A stretch of DNA of 63,798 bases, counting the filler, from Salisapilia sapeloensis CBS 127946 (lineage: Eukaryota; Protista; Oomycota), in NCBI GenBank assembly GCA_023334545.1. It is 5 parts of 5 records of this genome, joined end to end, with 100 filler letters (N's around TTAATTAATTAA, not from the genome) between each part and the next. Parts side by side here need not be neighbours in the genome. Positions count along the whole stretch, not along the records: positions 20,537 to 40,364 come from JAADVB010000305.1; positions 40,465 to 61,029 come from JAADVB010000297.1; 3 more parts are not named here. One strand, 5' to 3'. Under the pieces are notes generated by a model. It saw nothing but the letters and a program-made list of their open reading frames with translations, did not search any database and was not told the origin of the DNA. Every line of letters starts with the position of its first letter. The first letter of the stretch is position 1. The translations under genes were made by a program, and so were the position numbers. Shown piece by piece: positions 29,482 to 40,895 of the stretch.

Positions 29482-32400
29482 TCAATCGTCCTCATCTTCA
29501 TCTCCGTGGTCATGAAGAGATAGACTGAGGAGTTCCATGAGCCTTTTCGTGCGCGGCAAAATATCGTCCATGGTCGCCGCACCGAGCTCTCGCTGGAGCT
29601 GCTGCACCAGAACGCTCATTTGCCGCACTTGTCGCACACCAGCCAACGGCGTGTCTTCCTTCGAGCCACGTGATTTTTTATCAACTACGAAGTTGGGCGT
29701 CGTGTCACCTTCGTCATCATAACGACGAGGCGTTGGCGCACTCGACTGATTAACGCACTGCTTCACAGCGTCCAGACAAGCTACTGTCGATGCATTTTTA
29801 TCTACTCGTCACGAATAAGACATTGGATCGAATGACATGAGATTTATGGACGTACGCAATTGGAGAAGAGGTCGAAGAGAGGACAGGAAGGTTTCCATCT
29901 CGTTCGTGAACAAGTACAATTGATTGATCTTCGGCAGGACACCATCGACTTTAGGTATCTGGAAGACATGCATCAAGTGACGTACGATCTGATTGATCAG
30001 AACCGATGGCTGACGCTATATACACCACATTAGCAACTAAAGTCGCATCCTCTGTATGATACACACGTACCTCCAGCTCTTCAGATGCCAGACTGTAGAT
30101 CTCTTTATGATGCAAAACATTCTTCTCCAGCTCTACAAGTTCTTCCACCATATAAGCAGCTTTCCCGAGCGTCGATCCGTCCTCTCTCTCCCTCTCCGTC
30201 AACAACGTCGGCTCCGTCGGTCTTTTACACAACTCCTTTACGACACTCACTTTGAACTTCTCCAACTCGTGCATCCTCGTGCGTTCGACCGTCCATTGTT
30301 GTAGCGTCGGTAGAACGTCTTCCAGTCGAAACCTACCTGGTGTATTGCTTTCATAAAACACAAAGCCACATACATCTCGAACAAACTTTTCCATCCGAGG
30401 TACAACCGCAACGACATTGCACAGCTTTTCAAGACTCGGAGCGATTAACGTCAAATCCTGTAGATGCAGTAATCTACAAACATCTTTCACGACTTCCAAC
30501 AACGTCTCTTTCGGGAGACTGTCGAGACGATTGAGATGCAATCGATGGTTCATACGATCACGCTGCATGAGCTCCTTTGTGTCCATATACTTGCGTAGTT
30601 CCGTCAGGTCTTGTGCCTGGTCCAGAGCGTGCTTCCCATCTGCCAACTGCCGTTCAAGCTCATGGATACGGCGCTGAGAGAGTCTATACGCCCGTATCGT
30701 CGGACGGGACTCAATGTCGAGTGTCAAGTTGGCGTTCTCGTCCTTGAGCTCTTGTATCGTTTCTCTTGCATTCATTAACTCCTTTTCCACTTTACTCATT
30801 TTGGTCAGCATCTCTTTCTCTCTTCTACGCAGTCTGTTCGCTACTTTTTCCTGTTCTCGACGTGCAGCTTCCAGTCGTTCCAAGATCATTTCATCCGAAG
30901 TCTCCGATAATGGACCTTTCTCCTTATAATCCCAAAAGTCTTCTTCTTTTGATCGTTTCGATAGAGCACGAGATATGACACGTTCTTTATCCTTGAGTTC
31001 CGATCGGAGCATGGATACTTGTTGCTGTAACGACGTGACTTGGTCCTCCAATTCAGACTTTTGCGATTCAAATTCTGCTAAGAACTCTACGCGCTCACTG
31101 TCTCTAGCTGATGCTTTCCTCGGGACGCGATTGTGGAACTTTTCAAATGATTGTCGTGCCTTTTTTCGACGCACATCTTCCTTGTCGCGAAACTGGGTCA
31201 GCTTTTCTTGTAAGCTTTCGATCTCCTTGTCTTTTGCACGCACTTGATGCTTCGCTGTATCGACCTTTTGCTGTGCCTTTGCACACGTCTTCTCTAGCTT
31301 GGCATACGCTTCATCCTTCTCTTTCGACTGCTTCCGTATTGACTCTTTTAGTCTATCCACTTCCGTATTGGACTTGTTTAAAGCCTGTTGGAGACGCTGT
31401 ACACGCTTTTCACTTGATTCGAGAGCTCCATCTGATCGACCTTTGGCACTAGAATACTTTCTAGCATCCAACATCATGTCTTGTATCGTGTCATTCTTAT
31501 CACTCAATTGAGCAATGAGATCCTGGAGTAAATGAATGAGAGAAGATTGGACAGGCACGATGACAGTATTGTCAGACGGTAGAGGTGCTTGTTCTTCGAA
31601 TTGGATCGTCGGAAGTGCATTCTGACGTAAGAGGTCGTTGAGGGAAGTCCAGTCACCTGCATCTACTGGATCCTCTTCCACCGATCGGGAGTCTACCGGA
31701 CGACGATAGGACGTTTGCTGTTCACTGGATGAAGACTCCTGTACTGAGGGTTCTTGTGCCTCTTCGGTGCGTCCCAAAGGATATGAAGATTGCTGTGAAC
31801 GGATGGGCGACAATGTATCTGCCGATTGCGTCAGGACTTGATCCAAGTGATCAGACTGATCTGCTGGCGTCGATGTCATTAAGACATGGTCCATATCGTT
31901 GCTCTCTTCCTCGTACTTGTTCGATAAGTTGCTGTCGATAGAAACAGATTCTTCTTTAGCCGATGTAGTGTAAGACTCAACTTCTAGATATGAAGAAGAC
32001 TCTAGCATCGGATCTGCATCAATTGGAGGAGCAGATGGACGAGGTTGTTCAGACGATCGCAAGCGATGTATCGCATGTGCCTGGATTTCTGAACTGACTT
32101 GAGAGGTTTCGGATGGGTTGCCTAAAACCATAGACCGATCCAAATCATGCTCTTCGTTCTGTGCACTTTTATTCGATTCTACTCCCTCTCCTGTGCTGTG
32201 GCGACTATCGCTTGCAGATGATCCATGTGGCTCTGACTGTGCTTCTTCATCTTCGACGCCTGTATCATTGTTTGGCTTGGGCATAACATGCTCGATCACT
32301 TCTCCAGACTGTATTTCCCATTCCGAAGACTCATCTTGTTTTTGATGCAGTGAGCTAGAGCTTTGGCTCTCATTCTTGTCATGTGCCGACTTTGGAGTAG

Positions 32401-32788
32401 GCTGGTGATGCTGCTGATTGATAGAATGCTGCTCTGAAGTAGTTGTGCTTGGACCAGCGTCGTCATCCCACAGTATAAACCGTAGTGGAGTGGCATTGCT
32501 AGTAGTACTGGACTGCATAGATCCATCAGCTCTTCTCTGTAGCATCGAAGGATAGCTTTCAATATCCATTTGCTCCTTCGTCTCTTCACTTTCTAACGAA
32601 GTGTGTCGGTTGGAAGAGCGTGCGTCATTTTCCACCTCCTCGTCATCGTCCCCGTTACTCAAGGACGAAAGATACGCATCTGTACCTGCATCAATGTCGA
32701 ATCCGTGTTGACGAAGAAAATTATCGACACTAGAAGCACTGAAATCACTTGATTGCTCTGAAGACGGTGCGGCCTCCTGCTCCGACAT
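29482..32788 (-). CDS. CEP70: Centrosomal protein CEP70-like, 3 exons
   Basis: Disordered acidic N-terminus and long coiled coil. RPTIRAYRLSQRRIHELE and the spliced exon QIVRHLMHVFQIPKVDGVLPKINQLYLFTNEM match the CEP70 C-terminal pattern (SHFQKLFDV.SL.GVYPRMNEVY). Last exon ends DEDEDD* at 29482. Confidence 0.75.
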
Positions 32789-32904
32789 GGTCTTCACCGC
32801 GTTTTTTCGCGATGCGTTTCAAATTTTATCTTAACATTTGTATGGTACCCATGTGTGCGTATCTTTAAAAAACTGCCGCTAAATTTCTGCCATATCGTAA
32901 CGTC

Positions 32905-34282
32905 ATGCGGACACGACGTATGCCATGGTCGAAGAGGGCATCTATTGTGCTCTTATGCATGCTCTTACTCGTCAATTATGTACCTCTATGTACTGGGTTG
33001 ATTGAAGACCCGTATAAAGTGCTTGGAGTGCGCCGGTCGGCTAGTGAGACCGAGGTCAAACGAGCTTATCGTAAGCTCGCACTTCAGCTTCATCCGGACA
33101 AGGTTGCTTCGGTCATGGCATTCTGTACAGCAGAATATTCATAAGTCCAATATAGAACCCTGGGAACGAACAAGCAAGAGAACGATTTACGAAAATCAAT
33201 GCAGCGTACGATGAGATTATCAATGGAAAACCGGAACCCATGCAAAACCGACGACCACAAGGGAACCCATATCAACGACAGTATCGGCATAACTTTTACA
33301 ATCAGTACTCGCAATGGGTACATTATATCATGACATTGGGATTGAATGATATATTGACATTTCTTTCATAGTCGCGCTCCCGTACGCAGTATCAACAGAG
33401 GTATAGACATATATCATACTCAAGTGAATTGACGCTAACCGACATCTTCCTCGTACAGTGCAAACTCTTCTATGGACTTGCAGACACTTTTATTCGCTGT
33501 TATCGTAACGCTTGGTGTCATCGTGTTCTTACCAGCGCTCTTTGCCGATGATTCTAGTGCTTCCGACTCGCATGAACAAAGCAATGAACATAAAAATACC
33601 CAAGATAAAGAGAAGGAAAGAAAGAAAGCTGAGGTACGTCTCACATACGACCCAAACGTCAATATTAATCGAATAATTGAATATATTCTTTCTAGGAAGA
33701 ACAGCGAGCCAGCAGATTCGAACAGCTCGCAAAAGTGTTTGCCCCGTCAGTCCATCACTTTAAGCCAGTCTACCTCACAGCACGTGGTCGACGCATCCTC
33801 ATTTTCCTCGTTTCTGAAAATAGACCAACGATGGACCTTCGAGGTATGAACCTACCTTTTGTCCTAGTCGTAACGAGTGACTAAACTATACTTGTAGCTC
33901 AATTCTCAGTCATGGAAAAGTTGACGTTAGAGTTTCGTCGAGATCCAGTCGTGTTCTGTTGGCTCGACTTTGCAGCCCTGTCTTCATCTCAGCAAGCAAA
34001 GTGGCAGCAGCAATTCCAGAACCATCGACAAGACCGTGTTCATTGCTCTTGCAGCCCTCGAGAACTGCGTACGTACATTCCATAAGCTGATCGAATTGTC
34101 GTTTATATGCTTATTTATTCGTTTGTACAGCTTTCCTTGTCGCTTGCAACTATAAAGGCACCAAGATCGCTGTTAGCTGTAGTGCTGCTCGACATGAGGA
34201 GGTGGGTCTTCGTGACTGGATATCCAAATTGGTGGGCGGAGAAGTATCGCAGCAAGCGACTGTGGATGGGATGTTCACATAG
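32905..34282 (+). CDS. Secretory-pathway DnaJ (HSP40) membrane protein, multi-exon
   Basis: Signal peptide, J-domain DPYKVLGV...[17 protein letters not shown]|NPG...F..INAAY, TM helix [18 protein letters not shown]; putative last exon ..[25 protein letters not shown]. Internal exon boundaries are only partly resolved. Confidence 0.8.
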
Positions 34283-34333
34283 ACAGTAATACAAGTGGTT
34301 ATTTACGAACACTCAAATAATCTTCAATTGATT

Positions 34334-37300
34334 TCATCCTTCCTCTGTGTTAGCCTCACCTACTGGATCCGTTGATGGCTGTGTACTTCGATCATCTGTC
34401 TCCCGTGATGACGATAGAGGTAGATTCTGAGACAATAAAGATGTGAGATACTGAAGTTGCTGATCAACACGTTGCTGCTGCTTTTGCATTTCATTCATGC
34501 GATTGAGCACCACGACAGTCATTTCAGATTCAGCTTTCCCTCCATCCTTGTTCGCTGCTGCCATTAGTCGCTTTGATGACTGCCGCTTCTCCAATCGTGT
34601 CGGGGAATTCTCATCAACAGTAGTGGTCTCATCCTTCGCTGTCGCAGCATCATAAACTTGTCCACGAAATCTGTCTCGTACAGAAGGTAGAGACGTTGCT
34701 GTAGAATCTCTCGTGAGAGCTTTGGAGGACGGCTGACGGCTGGACCGCGCTGTAGAATCACTCGTGAGGTTTTTAGAAGATGGCTGATGACCGGGCCGCG
34801 CTGGTGGATTTACCTGCACTTCTGACTGCTTTGCCACTTGTGCAGGAAACACGTTCGGCAGCGAAGCAGCAGATCGTATCAGAGAACCACTTCCTCTTCG
34901 ACCCATATTGCTTGCTCTTCGCATCAGTGTTGGGGGTCGAACAAAACGGTGGATGCCTGGAATATCGCTCGGCTTTGTGTCGGGTGGTAGTAAACCTTCC
35001 AAACCTTCCGCACACCACACTGCTGCAAGCCCTTGCAGAAGTGTATTGGTCTTTATGTCTGTGCCGAATAGAAATTGAGATGCTTTGCGCGATTTGACAG
35101 ATCCCAGTTCTTTAATAGACTTGAGCATGAACGGGTGATACATCAATTTGCTCAAAAGAATAGACCGGTTCGTACAATGGGTTTCACAAAAGTCAAAAGC
35201 TTGTATCGTAGCTTGTCGAGGTTTGGTTGGGTTCAGGACGCCAAACTCTCCGAAATAGGAATTGGGACCGAAGGCTGCAACTTTGGTTTGGCTTACAAAG
35301 ACTTGGACATGACCTGCGAATAAGAAGTACATTTCATCTCCGTAGTCATCTTGCTTAATAATGTCTTCACCTGGGAGGTAACATCGAACGGTCATTGCTA
35401 AATAAAGTTCATGTATAAACTCAGCGTTGCATCCTTCAAGGTAGCCCATCTTCATCGGCATTGCCATCATGCAAAAATTATAAGCAATCTTTGATTGAAT
35501 CGTCGTGGACATCTTGCTGAAGATTTTCCTATGGCGCTTTTTGTCTTCACGTGTAGCTTGGAAGAGATGAAAAAAGTTGGCTCGAACTTCATCCCTTAGC
35601 TTTCGTGACAACGACCTACTATGCATAAATGCATTTACTTGATCCATCTTCTGTCGATTCTCAGTCTCGACTTCGTAAAGTTGCTTAAAGAGTGCCACAA
35701 CACTTGTGATCATGTAGGCAAAGACAGCACTACCAACTGCCATTGCAAGTATAGAGAAGACTCGTCCAGAGCTGGATCGTGCGGCCACTACCCCAAGAGC
35801 ATTGGCATTAGAAAATGATCCTAAAATCGGATAGAATTATGCTAGGTTACCATCGCCATACCCAACGGACGTCATCGTCATTATGGACCAGTAAAACGCG
35901 GCGACATAGCGCGAGTCCATTGTCGTTTCTTCCAAGTGACCATACTGAACAGCATAAGCAAGGTCATCTTCTGTTCCAAATGCGAGATAGACAAAACCAC
36001 AGCTACGCATATTCTGATCATTAGTTCATATCTCGAGTCACAGGATACGTGGTCACTTACCTGAAAACATGAGAGAGTGCCACCACGACATAGAGAAAGC
36101 TAATCAGGCCGCTGATTTTCGAAGTAATCATGAGAGAATACTCTAGTCGACGTTGAACGCGAGGGATGCTGAATATGCGTGTAGCACGAAACAGTCGAAA
36201 GATAAAATACAACCATACATACTTATGACTGATAAGAAAGAGGCTCTCTGGTTCTACAGCACGGAAGATTGTTGGATCCTTGTGCTCAAAGAATGCGTAG
36301 AACGGAAATGTCCACGCAAGATCCGCAAGCAACCACCCGTGGACATAATGCTGCCGGATTGATGTGTAGGAAAAGTGTAATCTTCCATCTTCCTCCACGC
36401 CTGTGTTGAAACTAATTACGGATAGTGACGTTAACACTGCATGTCGGTAGCTAGTCAGACCATTCGTATTCATTGATACTATGTACTTACTTGAGGATAA
36501 TGTCGACCGCAAAGAAGAAGTCGACGAATATATCAAATCGGAGCAAAGCGCGTCGAACAGATACATCCAAATCGTTAAAGCTGAGTTCAAGGGGCGTGAT
36601 AATTAAAACCCAGGTGATCAAAAGTATCAACAAAATGTCCCAATTCACTCGAAAACGTCCGTGAGGATGCAGCACTCTTGTTTTGGTCGTCAGAAATTCT
36701 TTGTTGGCAGTACGCTGGGAGAAGTAGCTTACTTCATCAAGTTGCTGAGCGGTCATCAGCATTATTTCATCCTCTTCTTCACTTGTATCTTCCATGTCAT
36801 AGTCGTCTTCATCAAAGGAATTATCATACTCATGCTCACTGTCCTCTTCGCGCTCTTTAAATGGAACGTGACCAGATCTGTTCGAATCAGTCGCGCTCTT
36901 GCTCGGTAGTCTGGAATGCATAGAATCAAAAGACAATTGCTTTGCTTGTAGCGAAGCAGCTTGACCGTGTTCTCCCATAGTCTTTGACATCAACCGTTGT
37001 GTAAAAGAAGGTGAACGAGTACGCTGCAACGAAGATTGTCTCTTGGACGGTCGTCGGAGCAGCATATTCGGGGAGTTCGAGTTATCCAATTGACTTTTAC
37101 CCTGCGTTGACGTCTGACTAAGTGCGAACTCGAGCTGCCCACCATTTTTCTCTTGACATCCATTAATAATATCCTGAAGGCTTCTCCGACTATTAGACTT
37201 TCTGCTGTTACTACGTGGTTTCCTCATATTATCTTTATCCGTCTCCACATATACTTTAGATGGGTCTGGCCTAACTTTGTCCAAGCCTCGAATTGTGTTC

Positions 37301-37395
37301 CGTCGAATGGTACTATTGGTTCCACGCTGCGAGCCGGATGATGATTGTAGCTTTTGAAGCATCGAAGTAGCTATGGATGATAGTTGCTCCGCCAT
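34334..37395 (-). CDS. Voltage-gated K+ channel with a cyclic-nucleotide-binding domain (KCNH/HCN/plant Shaker-like), multi-exon
   Basis: S1 HPHGRFRVNWD; S4 FRLFRATRIF..PRVQRR; pore exon YVAAFYWSIMTMTSVGYGD; C-linker; CNBD YLPGEDII.Q...GDEMYF...G.V..FGEFGVL...RQATI.A. Confidence 0.9.
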
Positions 37396-37666
37396 TGCCT
37401 GGATGGAGCAGCAATACTGATTTTCGCAGCTTGAGGTGCGTGTAGAAACCTACGAGGAACCTTGTGTGTACGATGTATAAAGCCAAGGAAAGGGATGCTG
37501 AAGAGTTGGTCGTTTCAAAAGTCGTCGGTTATTCATACGTATCGGTTTGTCAGGGACTGCAGACAAAGTGGCATTGAAGATCGAGGCGTCACGTTGGATG
37601 GCGACTTTTGGTCATTAAGAGTCTCTTAAGACGACGCAACAGCCGCAGTTGCTCCCACACCTGCCA

Positions 37667-38420
37667 ATGGATAGGACTTCTGGTCTGTCTGCTTCTGCCT
37701 TTGCTCGATCACGAGCAGCGCTTCGTCGTAAAGCTCGTCCAGTGAAAAAGGTAGGAGTCTCCAAAGCGCTAAATATCTTCTATCTTATGGTCGTTGTTAT
37801 CCCTAGGCGTTGGATGAAGAAGATCTTGAAGAAGTCAAAGAAGCCTTTCGCTTATTTGATACGGACGGTAGTGGTACGATTGACGCGAGAGAGCTCAAAG
37901 CGGCGATGCGGGCTCTAGGTTTCCAAGTGAAGAAGGCTGAAATTCGTCAACTAATCGCAAACGTCGACAAGGACGAGTCTGGTGCAATCGACATGGACGA
38001 GTTCATCGAAATGATGACCGATAAAATGGTAATCCTCAAAGCCGTTCTGACAAAAGTATCTTTTAAGAAGCCTATGCAATGCGCAATTAGAACTCGAGAG
38101 ACCCTCGCGAAGAGGTGTTAAAGATCTTTAAGCTATTTGATGATGACAATACGGGCAAAATCTCTTTCCGAAACCTCAAACGTGTTTGCACAGAGTAAGG
38201 CGTAGCATGCATTGCAGATTGTACTGGACTACTGATAGCTAACACGATGTGATGGTACATAATCAGACTCGGCGAAACTCTCACCGATACCGAGATGCAG
38301 GAAATGATTGATGAAGCAGATCGAGATGGCGATGGTCTGATAAACGAAGACGAGTTCTTTCGAGTCATGAAAAAGCGGAGTGGCAACCCGCTTGACGATC
38401 TAGACAGTGACGATGATTGA
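37667..38420 (+). CDS. CETN: Centrin (caltractin), 4 exons
   Basis: [36 protein letters not shown]; [26 protein letters not shown]; [30 protein letters not shown]; tail [16 protein letters not shown]. Confidence 0.95.
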
Positions 38421-38743
38421 TGCATTCGCTCTTCCTTTTCGTGACGCTGTCCACCTTGTATCTGTAGCAACTGGTACGTACTCATCTCTCTCCCATCCTC
38501 CACAGCGTGTAGCTCATTTCGGTGGACGAATTGGATCGAAGCATCTACATAGAACAAAACAGAGTCGTACTCTGTCCGACCTACATGCCGACAATAATGA
38601 ACGAAATGAAATAGCTTTGTGAGCTTTACTTATCGCTTTTATCATGGCAACTTCCATGCTCCTACTGTTAAACTAGTGCAGATGTAGTCCAATGGTGAAA
38701 TGTCCGATATGAACGATACCAACGCAGACATGTGCTGATAAAA

Positions 38744-39655
38744 CTAGTGCACGGCAAACGCAGCATCACGACGAATGTCATCGGCGTGTTGCTGGTCGAA
38801 TTCTTCCTTGTCTTCCTTGGCTTCTCCCTTCTCGCCCTTCTCCACGTCTCTATCATCCACGTCTTGCTTCCGAGGTGAAGAGTCCTTCTCGAGGAGTGGT
38901 GCAGACTCATCCGCACGCCGTGTCGTTTCCAGCACACCTGGATTGACCTTGTTTTCATCGCCAATCTTGGATCGAAGGCCAGTGACAATCTCTCTGCCCG
39001 CCGGCATCTTCGGATGGAAGATGATCCACACGATCACTTGGAAGACACATACGGAGCAGTTGACCCCCGTACCGACAAATAGCATCAAGTCGCTCGTCAT
39101 GTAGCTGTAGAGTACCCACAGTCCGTTGTTCGCGACACCGAAAGAACACATCCCGATCGGAATCACCATCGAATTTCGCCATCGAATGGCATGGCGTACG
39201 GCGGCTAGCGGGCTTGCGTACAATAGGAACGAAGCTCCAATAGCGCAGTATCCGCTGCCGTACTTGAGGCCGCTCTGGGTGTAGTCGATGACGTCGAACA
39301 CAGCTAGCAAGATGTACACTAGAGCAACGACGTTCACAATCGTGGCGTAGGCAACGACGGCCAAGTCATGGCGACGATTGTCCGTGTAGTGGCAGTATAC
39401 GCCCAAAAAGATAATGCTGAAGACGTAGCAGACGCCAAACGTAAGCAGCAATGGAAAGTAGTTCTGTGTCACGATCCCGTAGAGCACCCACATGTGGTTG
39501 CACAGCCACAGTGAGACGAGTTGGAAGACCGAGATTGAGTCTGTGTGCTTATAACGGTACATATGCACGATGGACGGCGCTGGGCTCAAGCACACGTACA
39601 TCATCGTGAGCGATGCCAAGATCTCAATGACGCGAAGAATCACTTCTTCGTCCAT
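38744..39655 (-). CDS. SWEET/MtN3 sugar transporter, intronless
   Basis: Two MtN3 halves: SPAPS..HMYRYK.T.S....Q...WVLYG and YASPLAAVRHAI..NS..IP......NNGLW.LY; seven hydrophobic segments; charged C-tail. Confidence 0.93.
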   Translation of the reverse strand: MDEEVILRVIEILASLTMMYVCLSPAPSIVHMYRYKHTDSISVFQLVSLWLCNHMWVLYGIVTQNYFPLLLTFGVCYVFSIIFLGVYCHYTDNRRHDLAVVAYATIVNVVALVYILLAVFDVIDYTQSGLKYGSGYCAIGASFLLYASPLAAVRHAIRWRNSMVIPIGMCSFGVANNGLWVLYSYMTSDLMLFVGTGVNCSVCVFQVIVWIIFHPKMPAGREIVTGLRSKIGDENKVNPGVLETTRRADESAPLLEKDSSPRKQDVDDRDVEKGEKGEAKEDKEEFDQQHADDIRRDAAFAVH

Positions 39656-40364
39656 GGCGCAAGTTAATGTGGTCGCGAGGCTCTGCGTTCACGAGTAAAT
39701 AGCAAAACCGATTGTGAGCATCCTCGGGCCCTTTGGTGAACTATGTAGAACCTGCAAATTTCTTCGAGAATGGCTACAACGTGCATACAATTTCAAAGAA
39801 ATTTTGCGATTGTATTGAAGACAAAGGGATAAGTTCAATTCTGAAATTCAGCGCTAGATGGGCATGGAAATAGATTGGACGGCATTCTTGTCTTGACGTC
39901 GACGCGGAAGAGAGCGGTGGTGAACGCTTGGCGAGCGCTATCTCATGTACAAAAGGTTCTTAATCGATCTTTCATGTACTCCAACACTTCCCATCATGAT
40001 CCGTTGGTCGCAAACTGTCCCATCCAAGCGCTGTGCACGGGAAGGGCAGTCTGCTTCCTTTTATATGAGGGCTCGCATGGAATTTTTGACGGGCGCATAG
40101 CATTACTTATTAGTCCGAGGAGTAATCAAGACCAGCGAAAGATAGTCAAGACTACCTGTCGCAAACGGTAGTAGAGGAAACGGAAAGAGCTTCGTTTAAT
40201 GCGAAATACTCAGTTTGATTTCGCGTATCTTGGTTATACTGAAGACAAGAGAATTGATATTGAAGTTCGCGCCAGGCGGCGGTGTGCATTTAGATAAATA
40301 CTATGTACAGATATGCTACTTAGCCGAGGACGGCGATGGGCGGTGGCGCCGCGACCTCTGATGC

Positions 40365-40464
40365 NNNNNNNNNNNNNNNNNNNNNNNNNNNNNNNNNNNN
40401 NNNNNNNNTTAATTAATTAANNNNNNNNNNNNNNNNNNNNNNNNNNNNNNNNNNNNNNNNNNNN
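40365..40464. other. Artificial contig linker
   Basis: 44 N + TTAATTAATTAA + 44 N. Confidence 0.97.
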
Positions 40465-40515
40465 GTACCCTTCGTTGTGGTCGAAGTATCCTCGGTTCGA
40501 ATCCGGGCACGCGCA
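40465..40515 (+). tRNA. tRNA-His(GTG), second copy, 5' part lost in the gap
   Basis: 51 nt identical to positions 88-138, followed by TTCCTTTTTT terminator and different flanking DNA. Confidence 0.9.
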
Positions 40516-40895
40516 TTCCTTTTTTATACTTTTGCTGTCCGTCGTCATGCACGCCGTCCGACGAAACCAACTACTTTTTCATAGACCAAAGGCAGAGTCA
40601 AGGGAGCACCAGAATCATTTGCTCTGACTAACGCTTCTTCAAGTGCTGATGAGATGATTAAATATTCTCGGTTCTATATTTCTTGGCCTTGCTTTATGTG
40701 TAGTTTTCAATCAGGTACCTTCATTAATTGATAATTCCTAGAATTTCCAGGTACTAACAGACAAATTTTAAGATATTCTACCTGTAACAAAGAATGTTAT
40801 GGTAAATATTACTGGAACTTTGGCTGGACATCGCATCACAACTAGAAAATTTCTACAAAACCCGAAGCGATCTTGCTCACCGGGAAGCGGCGTCC

